Assembly (NCBI GenBank): GCA_965202585.1
Contig: OZ241834.1
Location: 7,502,001 to 7,566,000 of the forward strand
DNA from: Thalia democratica
Taxonomy: Eukaryota
DNA: 64,000 nt
Direction: 5' to 3'
Shown here: positions 36,371 to 49,158 of the stretch, piece after piece
Numbering within the stretch: position 1 is the first letter of the stretch
Layout of the letters: each line of letters starts with the position of its first letter
The notes under the pieces: generated by a model
Database searches by the model: none
The model's input: only the letters and a program-made list of their open reading frames with translations
Told to the model about the DNA's origin: nothing
Program-made: the position numbers and the translations under genes

Positions 36371-39035
36371 TTTTTTTGTTCTTCTGTACTTGCTTAAAGC
36401 GTCTTTTTTTAACATCTTTTTTTTCTGCACTGAACATAATTTTTGCACAAACCAAACCTTTAAAAGCTTCATTTGGATATTTTTCTATAATAAATTTTTT
36501 AGTTATAAATATTTAGAATTCTGTAATATATAAAACACGTGTTTAAAAACTAATTTGAAAAGTTCTAAGTAAACACGCATTAGTTTCTTATAAAATTCAA
36601 CCTTAATTTTAAACTTTATTTTAATGATGTATTATAAAATGCAGTAAAAAATTATATTGACAATGAAGTAAAAGTATATATAGCAACGTTTAATAAATAA
36701 GTATAAGTAAAATGATTAAGCAAACAACAGAATTTTTTTTTTGAACATCTAACAAGTTTTACTGAAGTAGATATTAAAACAAATTATTGTTAATTCAAGT
36801 TGTTATTCAGTTTTTTAAAGTAAAATAATATAAACTTAAAAGCATAGTTAAATCTACTTCTGTTATTAAATTTTTAAACAAATGACTTTATGTTTTGATA
36901 TTTATTTAAACAAAATACTTATATTAATGTTTTAAAATTATAGTAGCTTGATACGTTTGTTTTAAATAGCTAAACATTCAAGTTCATAATACACAAATAA
37001 AAATATCTCAAGTTCTTTTTTTCGTTTCACGGCTTTTCATATTTATTTATGTAACGAATAAAAGGCTTATAATGAAAATGTTGCAGATATAATAAAACTA
37101 AAACAAAAGATTCTATTCAAGAATTAGTTGAATTAAATGCTGCAAGATTGTTTAAACTACAGAATTTTTTGAATTAAAAAGTACAAATGCTGTGTTAGTA
37201 AACATACAAAATAAAAAAAACCAACTGTTAACTAATTTCAAACACATTTAATTTTTTTACATATACAAAATTTGCATTTACTTTAGTTTTCAACTATACA
37301 AGTAAAAAAATGTTTAAAGTTTTTAAGATTGCTACGATTAGTTTAAAAAGTTTAACATAACTTTACTATACTACTTAACTTTTTAAAGGTATTTATTCAA
37401 AAGAAAATAGGTGTAAAAAAATAGGTATATATAAATTTATATACTTTTTATATACAGAAATAAAATTTATATACTTTGGTCATACTGTCTTATACATCTA
37501 ATCTATAGTAATTTTTAATAAAAAATTATTTTACTATTTTTAGGAGTTGTAAAGAATTATTAACACTTAAAATTATTTAGAACTATTTCGTTGTAAAATT
37601 AAGTCATGCGTGTTTCAACTGTAGTTTTTAATTAATACAGAGCTAAGCTGCTTTTGTAGTCTAGATTTAATAAATAAATTGAAATATCTGAACCAAGGAG
37701 TCAATAAAAAACCTCACAAGTTCATTTGTTGTTAGAATAACAATGTTTTAGAAACTAGTCATTTTTTTATAATGTCGTTATAAGTCGTATTAAATGAGTT
37801 TTTATTATTAGTTAAATTAGTTAAAAAGTAAGAATAGTTATTGTGAAAAATCTCTATAGATCATTACGTTTTTTTATTAAGTTACTTGAAAATATAAGTT
37901 TAAACATTAATTTTCATGTCGAAAAACACAGTTATATCTAATCTAAAACAAGTTAATGTTGTCTAAAAGCTAATTCAATAGAGTTGTTTCAAAAAAATTA
38001 TTATATACTTTTCAAGCGTTTTGGTAATTTATTAATTTTATTAAGTCTAATACTTGAAAACTTTTCTTAGTTTCACTAAACTTTCTAGCCTAAAACATAC
38101 ATAAATTAAAACTTTAGAACGCTACAAACATTTTAATACCATATGTATTAAATTAAACTATATGGTATATATAAATATATCTTATATTGTATAAAGAATT
38201 AAAAAACGTTATACATTAGTTACAAAATCTGTAAAAATAACACACTAAAACTCCATAAAGGAGACTTTAATTTGTTTGTAAAACAATTTTGCTACTTTGC
38301 ATTCTTGAGATTTCTACAAAGCTTTGAAAAATTTCAGCTTTGTTTTATTTATTTGTAAACGTTAAATTCTTTTTAAGTTTGCAATTTAAATTAAAAGCTT
38401 ATATAACTAAAGGTAAAGTCTTATAACAAAAGGTTTAAATTATATAAAACAAAGAAATAGTAGTTTTAATTTTTTTTTCGTTGATTACTAGACTGAAAAA
38501 CGATTATTAAAAAACTTAAATACTAGAAGTAGGATTGTAGATGCAAAGAAAAACTTAAAAGGTAAAATAATCTGAAGATAATCTAAACTGAGTTGTGTTT
38601 AATTTTAATAAATGTACTACTACAAAACAAGTAGAAGTTTAAATTAATTAACATAAAATAAAGATTTTCTGAAGTTTACTTAAATAACAAATTTTACTAA
38701 TTTTAGGTAAACTGTTTAATTGAGGCATAATAAAACGAAGTAAAAAACAGAACTATATTATTCTAAGTGTACTTATACTTATTTTATGACCAAATTGAAG
38801 TTTTTTGATAATCTTTAAAATTTTATTAGAGGTTGTCCCTATAATATATGTCTTATATAACAAAAATATAAGTACACATTGGTTATAAAAGTAGCTAAAC
38901 CGTTAAACTAGTTATTTAAAAAAAAAGTATATAAATCATAACTTTAGAGTTAAAGACAAAAATGAAAAGTTGTTTTTTCAATAGTTTTAATTTAAAGTTT
39001 CAATTATCCAATAAAATATTTTTCTTTCATTAATT

Positions 39036-42000
39036 TCACGCCCGGGTGAACTTCTCAATCATTTTCTCGTGTTCGGGAAACAACCCGATCAAAAACTCCC
39101 TTTTCGGCATCTCGAAATCCGCAAAATCGAACCCTGGTGTCACCGTGCAACCGACCAGAGAAAATCCCCTTTCCACTTCCGCGCAAAAGTAAACGTCGCG
39201 GGGTATCAACACTTGGGGGCGCCCTCCCCCCTTCACCCTCCCCAACACATGGGTCGACAGTTGCCCTGAAGACGGATCTATGACGTGTATAGTGACGTCA
39301 CGACCCTCGTAGTGGTGCCACATCTCGTCGGAGCGGAGGCGGTGCCATGCGGAAAATTCCCCTTTTTGAAGGAGAAAGTAGATCGAAGTAGAGAAGTTTC
39401 TGGGGGAATTCCCTGACCAGGGAACTGGAGCGGATTCCGGGGATCGGTACGTCTCGGCGTAGTGACCTCCCTCCGGGTGCGGCTTCATTTGCAGGTCTTT
39501 GATGATTTTCTGCGCGTATCTTCTTCGACCTTTACTCTTTTCAGCTGAGTAATAAAGTAGTTGTTAATTTTTTTTGATTCAAACCTTTGTTTTACTAATT
39601 ACAGTAATAATATATGTTTTTATTCAAAAAACTATTAGCTGCAATTACGAAATATTTAACTTATCAAGTACCAAATGTAAATCTTTATTAAAAGGCAACA
39701 AAAATAGTTTAATTAATATTCATAAACACTGTTGTAAAAATTTACTAGTAACTCATATATTTACTAAGATATTTAACAAGATATTTTTGAACTCCCACTT
39801 TAAATCTTCAGATAAATTTGTATATGCATTTCCTTTATTTAAAGTATTTATATGAAATGAAATATGTTTAGGTATAAGATTTCTAAAACAAAAAATAAAT
39901 TGTGTTCTAACTTTCTTGCTGATATGTATACTTAATTTTAAGTTTAGAAATTAAATATAATTGCACGTGTTTCAAATAATTTCGATACGTATGTATGACG
40001 TAGTTTTAAGCTAACTTCACATTTATCTATTTCATATAAATAGTTTGGTAGGTCTTTTTATGGGTAGTATTTTATGGGCACTATTTTATGGGTAGAATTG
40101 CTGCAATAAAATCTGCATTTGATTTTAGGTGATGTCATTAAAATTATGGGTAGTATTTGCTGCAATTAAGTTGCTGCAATTAAGTGAAATAAATTTTTGT
40201 ACTTTTCATTTGTAAACAAACAAAAACTGCCAAGGCCTCTAAAATGTTGAATTAAAATTTATGTTTATGCAATGTAAACAATACTGACTAAAACAAAACA
40301 TTGAAAATATTAAATTAGTATTTTAATTGTTAAAAATTTGCTTAACGTAAAGTTTATGAATGCTTGTTTTTTTTTAAATAGCCAAATAACTTGAAAAATT
40401 AGTGTGTCACTTTTAATTTTGATATAAAAGTTGATTAATGATTTTTTCTGTTTTTGTTCTTAATATTGGCCTTTTTTTTTTAACTATAGAAGTAAAAAAT
40501 AATATGTTCAGAACATATTTTTTTCAAGAAAATATAATTATATTTTATTTATTTTGTATTGTCGATATATTTTGTATTTTTTTACAAGATATAAAGTTTT
40601 AAAAGAAGTAAAAGTGTCAGCAGCAAAATAGGAGACTATATAACAGAATTTTTCTTAACTTATTTTGTAAAATATAAAAAATAAACATATATGAAGTAAA
40701 ACAGTTGTTAAGTTGGACTTTTTAGGTTAAAGTATTTGTTATAATGCTCATTAAATGTTTTTTTATGTATTAGTAATATTATTTTCAGCGTTGCCACTTT
40801 ACCTGGAAACATGGAAAAATCTGGATTTTGAAAATCTAGGCAAAAAAACTTGAAAAACCTTTAATTTAAGAAACTTTGAAAAAAACCTGGAAAAACATTG
40901 AACTTTTAACATAAAACCTGGAAAAACCTGGAATTTTTAACAGTTTTAACATGTTCAGTAGTAAAATTTAAATTTGACACAAGAAATATATTTCATAAAG
41001 AGAAATTTTATTTTCATCATAAAAAGTTTAAAAAAAATAATTTTAAGCAGCTCTACAGCATTTTTTTTACTACTGTAACCAGACAATCAATTATCAACAA
41101 AAAAATAAACAATTGCTTTAAGTGTATTGAAGTTTTTTTTTTCATTATCAAATATTAAATAAAAAAACTATCCATAACCTTTCAATAAGTCTAGCCATAC
41201 TTCTGTTAGTTTACAAAATATAATTTAAATAAATGTATAAATAAATTAAACTATTGGTTTATGTGTATTCAAGTTATTTTTTATTTTTTTGTTTATAAAT
41301 TTTAAAATAAAATAACTATCCATAATATTTATATAAGGCCTAGACAGTATTTTATTTTTCATTAAATTGCAGCAATTTAATTGCAGCAACATCTAAATAT
41401 TACCCATAATTCAAATTAAATCACATCAAATTATGGGCATAATTGTTTGAAGCAGTTCTACCTATAAAATAGTGCCCATAAAATAGTACACATAAGGGTA
41501 AACTACTACTTCTATAAGTTTACTAAATATAAATTACATATATACAACTATAAATCAAATAATTGGTTTATGTGTGTTCAATTTTAACTTTGTTATTAAA
41601 ATCTTAAATAAATAAAAAATTTCCAAAATATTTACAATATGCCAAGCCATTACTTCTGTTAGTATAAAAAAAATAAATTACGTAAGTATACTTAAAAATC
41701 AAACAATTGGTTTAAGTGTATTCAAGTTTTTTTTTTTATTAAATCTGAAATAAAAAAGTTATTCATAATCTTTTAATAAGTCTAGCCACTACTTCTGTTA
41801 GTTTAAAAAACATAATTTAAATAAATGTACAAATGAATCAAACTATTGGTTTATGTGTAGTCAAACTATTTTTTATTTGTTTATAAATTTTTATTCAAAC
41901 TAATTTGTTTATAAATTTAAAACTATAAAAACTATACATAATATTTATATAAGGCCTTGACAGTATTTTATTTTTCATTTAATTGCAGCAGCTTAATTGC

Positions 42001-43093
42001 AGATGCATCTAAATACTACCCATAATTTTGATGACATCTCATCAAACTATGGGCATAATTCATTGCAGCAATTCTACCCATAAAATAGTGCCCATAAAAT
42101 ACTACCCATAAAAAGTCCTACCGAATACGCCCATAATTTTAATGACATCACATCAAATTATGGGCAGAATTGATTGTAGCAATTCTACCCATAAAGTAGT
42201 GCCCATAAAATACTACCCATAAAAAGTCCTACCACAAATAGCTTATTAATAAAAAAGTAAAAGAGACGAATCTTACTTTATTACTAAATTAATGTTTGTT
42301 TAAATTTTTTATATGGAAAAACTTTTATGAATGTTAGTATTAAATAGTTTGAATAGCTTAACAAGATTTTAATGCACAATCTAATAACTTAATAGTTTAT
42401 TATACTTTTCTATCAATATCATTGAAATGTAAACAATTTTAATCATTCACTGAATTGTATCAAGTGAATTGGATAAAAAACAACATTTATTTTTACAAAT
42501 ATTACAGAAAAGTTTACAAATCTTAATAGTAACTAAATTACTTTAATCTATTGATACTATGATCGATTCTTGCAAAACTTATATGTTTGAAATTTGTTAA
42601 AGTTAACAAAAAAAAAATATTTGTAATAAAATAAAAATTACACTTCTAATTATAAGTTTCAACTTAAAAAACTTTTTTTTAATTTAAAGTACATAAAGTT
42701 CTCAAGAAACTATTAAAAAAGTTTCTAACTAAAAAAGATTTCTATTCTATAAAAATACACTATCAATTTTAATAAAATGTTCCAGTTTTAAGTTATTAAA
42801 TTTAAGCCGTTTTTTTATTTAAAATTTTGTTCAACACTTAATATATTTCAAAAATTTTTTTATCAATTCACGTTTTTAGTGGACGATATTTAAATATTTT
42901 TATGAAATTTTAAAGTTTTTTATAGCTGATGAAAACACAAGTCTAGGTACAAAAAGTAACATAGTTCAAATGTACTTGAAATGTAAATACTACAGTGAAA
43001 TTAAACATAACTTTCAATAAACAAAATATAGATCCAACCTGTTGTTCCATTTGCTACCAAAATGGTTGCAACAGCAATCAAAAAGCTCCTCAT
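39036..43093 (-). CDS. DUF985/Cupin_5 protein with predicted signal peptide (187 aa, 2 exons)
   Basis: Exon 1 (43093-43039) encodes MRSFLIAVATILVANGTT+G with a phase-1 donor GTTGGA, joining exon 2 (39544-39036), which starts CT GAA after a CAG acceptor. Cupin_5 motifs: HPEGGHYAETYRS, STSIYFLL, WHRLRSDEMWHHYEG, PQVLIP, SLVGCTVTPGFDFADFE. Exon 2 is secure; the exon 1 assignment rests on phase, splice signals and hydrophobicity. Confidence 0.85.
40046..42234. mobile_element. Non-autonomous long-TIR (Mutator/foldback-like) element in the cupin intron
   Basis: The ~200-bp left TIR (GGTAGGTCTTTTTATGGGTAGTATTTTATGGGCAC…AAGGCCT) is inverted at 41950-42122. The terminal ~110 bp repeat at 42129-42234, and a further internal right-TIR copy lies at ~41335-41495. 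The 9-bp flanks TAAATAGTT / CAAATAGCT match 7/9. Confidence 0.8.
40787..41075 (+). mobile_element. hAT-type MITE fragment nested in the long-TIR element
   Basis: Starts CAGCGTTGCCAC (cf. CAGGGTTGCCAC at 16176), followed by AAAACCTGGAAAAA subterminal repeats. A related copy lies at 14615-14975. Confidence 0.5.
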
Positions 43094-46000
43094 TAGTGAT
43101 TATATAGTTTGTTCTTCAATTTAAATGTACGTATCAGCTTGTAAGCATGAAATTACAACTGATTTCTTGTTGCTATAATTATTTTACTATAGCTCAGCAA
43201 CTTTATTAAAAACTTGACTCTGTTTGTAATTTAGTAACAGAACTTATAGTAAATTTAAATGATTGATAAACAACTCTAACTAAAAGTTATAAATGTGCTT
43301 AATAATATATTTTGATTTCAATTATCTATTAAAAAAAAATATTTTCTTGGCTTTAATAAAAATTAGTTTTTTGTTATAAAAGCTTAAAAATCGCTTTACA
43401 ATCTATATCATTTGATTTCTGAAATTCTATAAACCGAATATGTTATATACTTTCAGAATACTGCTTATCGTAATCATTTTTACATTTTTGTGTGATATCG
43501 TTAACCTATTAGATTATCGTTAAAAACATGTGTTTTTTTAGTAAACGATTTTTTCTAGTAATTAACTAACTTATTTCCTAGTTTGTTAGAAAAAATTAAT
43601 CCAAGTACTTTAAAACCCTAAGAAATACAGCTTTTAACTACACACTACTTTCAAAAATTAGCGCTGCTTGTAATTGAAAAAAAATATTTGTGTTATTTCA
43701 TTTGCTCTTTTAGATAAAAAAATAATTTTTTTAGAACATTTTAAGACATTTTGGTTATTTACCGTTTACTTTATCTTTTAACTCATATGAAAAAGAATAC
43801 TAAACAGTACAGTTTAGTTTTATTGCTGTCTAACTATCTTTAAAAATAAGTTTTTTGATCATTAACTTTTATTTTTTAAACCTGTAAGTTTAGACGCAAA
43901 ACTAATGTAGTTTTTTTTTTAAGTCTCTACTTTGTTAGAGTTCAAAAAATTAAACACTTTAAAACGCTTGCATATAATTAAACTAAAAAAATAGTATATG
44001 CTTTTTATAAACTCTGAATACACTCCTCTGAATATTTTTATATTGTATAACATTTTAAATTTATAAATTATCGTATAACCGTATAACAAGTTATTTTATT
44101 TGCCTCAAGCTAAAAATTAAACTTAAAACTTTAACGATAGAGCGTAAGAAAATGCAATTTGAAACACGGAATTTGATGAAAACCTTGGGCAAAATTGTTT
44201 TTGTGTTTATTTTTTTTCAGGCAGTTTTTATAAATGCAATGCTTACTATTCATAATACGTAATACTATACAAGCTGTTGAATAATCTATCAAAATTTGTA
44301 ATATATAGAAAAATCAACCAACTTCGAAAATAATTCGTACAACTTTACTTTGATAAGTTTTATAACTTATTAAAATATAATTTTTTTTATTTTAAATACA
44401 TTCTAGATTATAATCGTATGTTCATCTTATTTTTGGTTTAATAACTAGAAAAAATAAAATAATTCTCTGTTAAAGTTTTATTCCTATAAATTTTATTATA
44501 AGTTTAATTAAAGGGTCAGTTTATATATAGCTTTAGCTTGAAATTTCCAAAATTGTAAGAATATTTTGTTAGTTGTTTTATTATTAGTTTGTAATTTTCC
44601 GGCAATAAACTCAATAGAATCTTAAAAACTTACATTTTTTAACTTTATTAATTCTTATAAGGATATTAACACTTTTTATCAAGATGCCTATTTCGTATTC
44701 TTATTGTTTAATTAAAAAATACAAACCAGGAATAGTAGAGAAGCATTAAACAATCAACACTAGCTCTTCTTGATCAAATTAATTAAAACGATCAGTAGTC
44801 TTTTTTATAACTGAAAAATTTTTGTATGTACTTAAAAAACATTTAAATTAAGTATAAAACAAAACTTTCTATTCAAAGACAGATTTAAACAATTAAGAGT
44901 AAAAACGTTTACAGTAAAAGTATCTTTACAAATTGTAAATCTTAGGTTTTGCAAAATCTATTAATTTTTTCTCATTGCTATAGAAAGTATAAAAATGTAT
45001 AATAAGATATGCAAGTGCAAAACTTGCTCTTTATTTGCATGCTTTACCTGAGTTATGTCTATAAAACAATGTTTCTAAACTTGGTTTTATAAACGCCCAG
45101 TTGGTAGAAAATTAAAAAGATAATCGCCTCAATTGTTAGATATCGCTCTTGCTAGTTAATTACGTATATACTTTTTCATAGCCGCCCCTCACAGCAAAAA
45201 TAACCTACAACGTAAAACGCAAAGCTTAATAAGTTCTGTTATAGTAACGAAACCTAAAGCTAAACAGTAAACTTGCATTTAACAATTCGTACTACTTAAT
45301 ATTAACATATGTATATTGTTATTATTGCTACTTTATATTATTATACATATATTTATACAGTTTTGTTCTTCACTAGCTAATATACTTTTTTCATTAAGCT
45401 TAGCTTTTCAAATAGCTTAAAAATTTATAAACTTGTTTTTTTTTGTTTTACGATGCGATATAAATTAATTAAACGAAATAGTAAATAAACAACATTTCTA
45501 TTTTTAATTTTTTATCTTTTTCATATATTCTTTTAATAAATAGTACTTGTATTTGAAATAATAGTATTTTTAACAATATAATATTATGTAGGTTTTGTTT
45601 TTGTTTTCTGTAAACTGATTTATTCTATACACAGTTATGTTTTGTAGACTAAAACTAAATGTCTAGTTTATTTGTTCATTACTAACCAAACGGTATAGTT
45701 TTTATTTAAAACATTTTGCGTAAATTTTTGAATAGTTTAATGTATCACATATTACATATTAAATATCCTTTATTGTTTTAGAAAAGTAATTTTTAAAGCT
45801 TAATTAACTAAAATTTATATAAGTGAGTCTTAAGATTAAGTTTATTTTTTGGTTTTTAGAACATCAAATTATTGTACTAAAGTTTTTACAACAGTCTTCG
45901 TTGTTTTAACATATAAAATATTAAGTTTTATTTACCATAACATACCAAAAAAAACTGTGCAAATAAATGGTTGTCTAAAACTTATTTATGTTGAAAACTT

Positions 46001-46840
46001 TAGTTTGATGGTAACTCTCCTAACAGAATACCCATTACACAACAAGTATTAAAACATAAAGTTTTATAAAAATAAAAAATGCATGTATTTTCTGACTTAT
46101 ACCTAAAAGTACTGCTTTAAGTATTTATTAACATAAAGTTATAAATTTCTATTTTTTAATAAAGATGTTTGGTTTTATTTTATAATATATATACTTTTGT
46201 ATGAAACATTTGAGGTGTTAATTTAAAATGTATAGTTTTGAATAAATATAACTGTTAAAGTATATCATACTTTTACGTGAAGCTTTATATATATAAACTT
46301 CTTTTTAATTTCTAAACTAATTGTTAAGCATTTAGCTTGTTCATAACAATTTTACAATCAAAGTTTTTAAGACTTGAACGTTTAAAAAAAAACTTTAAAA
46401 CATTTAGTTTATTATTAAAATAACATTAAGTGAAGCTATAGTATGTTGTATGGAATTTTAGAGTTTGAAAGCAAAGAATTTTACATAACAGTTTAGCTTA
46501 TTTACATCCACACTAGCTTTTAAAAATATTTAATCAATCTAAAAACTGTTAAAAGTAACATCTTAATGAACAAAATAAGAGTGTTTAAAATCGTAAAGAT
46601 TTGAATGATCTTTCGTAATAACAAAATACTACTAAATGCATTTGATTATACCTGTTATTTTTTATGTTTATTAGTTTCAAAAATAATAAATAATAAATTA
46701 CATTATAAAATTAAAGTGTAAATAAAGAGAGTGATTAAAACTATTCAAATTTTAGTAAACTAACACTTATATTAACTAGTAATACTGTAGTAGTTCACGT
46801 TAATAAACTAGTTAAGTTTCTTTTTCAGTGTGTTTTTAAA

Positions 46841-47520
46841 ATGTCCGATATAAACAAAAATGAGTTAGTGTCTCTTACCAAAAAATGTTTTCAGAATGGT
46901 CAATTTGTCAGTGCGATTACTCACATGAAAAAAGTAGTTGGATTGGGATGTCTCTCAATTTTTTTGAAAGAACACTTATTTATAACAGTTTATGCTATTT
47001 ACAACTACCCTTTTTAAACATTCTTAGTGATACATGAAAAAACACATAGTGATCTAATTAACAATATTAAACAAGCCTTATGTAATTTGTGTAACGATGC
47101 AATCTACGTGTTAGGTAATAATTCTTTTGAAAAATACATCAGTAAAGAAGCTATTGCTCATTATAAGTGTTTTAAAAGAATACAGTATTGTTGCTTTGTA
47201 AATTATACAACAAACAATTCTCATAAAGATGATAAAACAAAGCACTTGAGTTTTATATAGAGGCTACAGAGATATCAAACGAATATCTGAATCCAGCTCA
47301 TCCAGTAAGACTCTTTATTGCATATTATTTTTCCAAACATTACAGCTGCTTAAACAGTGATGATAAAGATTTCAAAATTGGTAATAAAGCTTATAAAAAA
47401 GGTTTAGAATGTCTACCCAGGTTAGCTGAAAACTTAAAGAAGTCTCCATAATTTCAATTAGACTGTTCAAAGATGTATATTGATAACTATAATTATTTAG
47501 AATTTCGTACTAAATTTTAA
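46841..47520 (+). pseudogene. Highly divergent, intronless 14-3-3-like gene, disabled
   Basis: MSDINKNELVSL…; LSI(F)ERTLIY; IKQALCNLCNDAIYVL…AHYKCFK; YIEATEISNEYLNPAHPVRLFIAYYFS align in order with the 14-3-3 helices ([52 protein letters not shown]). Needs frameshifts at ~46959-46965 (T7 run), ~47030 and ~47234-47240 (A run), and has TAA at 47449-47451. Confidence 0.72.
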
Positions 47521-47936
47521 TGATACTCTTCTCACTTAGTTAAATTATATTTTTATTGGTTAAGTTTAAATTAATTTCATGTCTTTTTGCAGATTATTAG
47601 CTTTTTTGCATTGTAACTACAGTGTTAGTAATAAGTTAAATATTTTTGTTTTACCTTTTTTATTTGTTAGATATTTACCATTATAAATTGTTCATTTCAT
47701 AATAAGTTTTCATTGGATTTTGCTAAATTTAATTTGATCAATTTGTATATTTAAAACAAATTTTGAATTATAAACTTAATTTTGCAAAAACACGTCATTC
47801 GTGAGAATAAAACTAGAAATTATTTATAACCTCATTAACAAATATTTTTAATATTCTAAATAAACTTAAATTTTTAGTTCAATCTAAAATAATTACACTG
47901 TTTAGTTTTTTTTTTAACAGCGCTTAAGACAATAAA

Positions 47937-48660
47937 CTATTCAAAATGTCTAAAAATGCAAAGCGAAAAGGTGAAAAATGTCACTGTTTCTTTGTCCAAG
48001 TACAACTGTTCTGTCTTCGGCACCCTGCGGTCGTTGCCGCAGTTGCAGCGGTAGACGTCTGATAGTTTGCTGTAAAATGTGTCTCTGACAATGCTGCTTT
48101 TGTTGGAATCTTTTATTTTGCTTTCGAGTTGCATCAGAAGCTCTTTGCAATCGATTCGCATTTCCTTTGAGTGCTTCATGACAGAAAAATTTGTTCCGAA
48201 GATATTCTAGTTTTGTTTTTGTAAAGTTCTTCAAAATGCTTGACATACTCCTTCAACAAGAAATTATAAAAAGTTTTTGTGTTAAAAAGTGTAAGCAGAT
48301 CTAAAAATGAATCAATTTTTATATGCTTCATAAAGCATTTTATATGCTTCTTTTTTGGGAAAATAATTAGGAGATAGGTTAGATTTAGATAATAAAGTTG
48401 ATTGGTCCACGGGTTTCATATATTTGTCTATTTCAATTTTTCCTCACTTTCTAACCTTTGTTCTTTCTAACAACCTTCAACATGTTCATCAACTTATTTC
48501 ATTTTCACAACCTGTATTCATTTTACAATTACAAGAAAAATTTCTAAAGTGGTTAAAGAAAGCAGGGGTATTGATGGAGGACTTGAATAGTCGAGTTGGC
48601 AAAACACGTTGAACCTATATTAAGTATTCCCGAAAATTGAGATTTTCTCCTCAAAATTTT
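47937..48660 (-). pseudogene. Ubiquitin-specific protease (peptidase C19) remnant
   Basis: Cys box GILNIGSTCFANSTIQVL at 48630-48577 (catalytic Cys codon 48606-48604), followed by stops. Downstream FLLKEYVKHFEEL, then an open frame 48206-47937 with SIVRDTFYSKLSDVYRCNCG…ETVTFFTFSLCI resembling the USP finger region. No His box found. Confidence 0.62.
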
Positions 48661-49158
48661 CCGGCCATTTTACACTTAGTTTAAGGCTCTTCATTTTTAT
48701 TTATTTAATTTAAATGTACAAAAAAGTTTTTAGCTTTGTTTTAACACTTGAACTGTCTATTAAGTGATTTAGCTATTTATAAACTTGTGTTTGTAAAAAT
48801 ATAACTAAAATACTAAGATTAAAAGTCTTGATTAATTTATTAAGTAATAAATTTTAATTTTTTATTCTAAATTTTTCTACTTCAATTCTTTATGCTTTTT
48901 AACAACTCAAAACAAACTCAGTTAAGATTTAAATTTCAAAGCTCATATTACAACTCTACTTTAAAACCAAGTGATCAAGGTTAATAATGTCTTCTTTGAT
49001 GGTAAAAATAGCCAAGTAGATGTGGATGTTAGCTAAATTAGTTACGACTATATTAAGTATAACTTGTAATTATTATTACTAATCTGATCCAAGCTCAACA
49101 AATTTTACATTTAAAAATATTGTTTTTTGTAACATTAAATAAATTAAACTCTGTATAG

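Noticed and set aside
36179-36533. Three overlapping short ORFs
   Set aside because: Produced by the minisatellite array and AT-rich flank; no domain signal.
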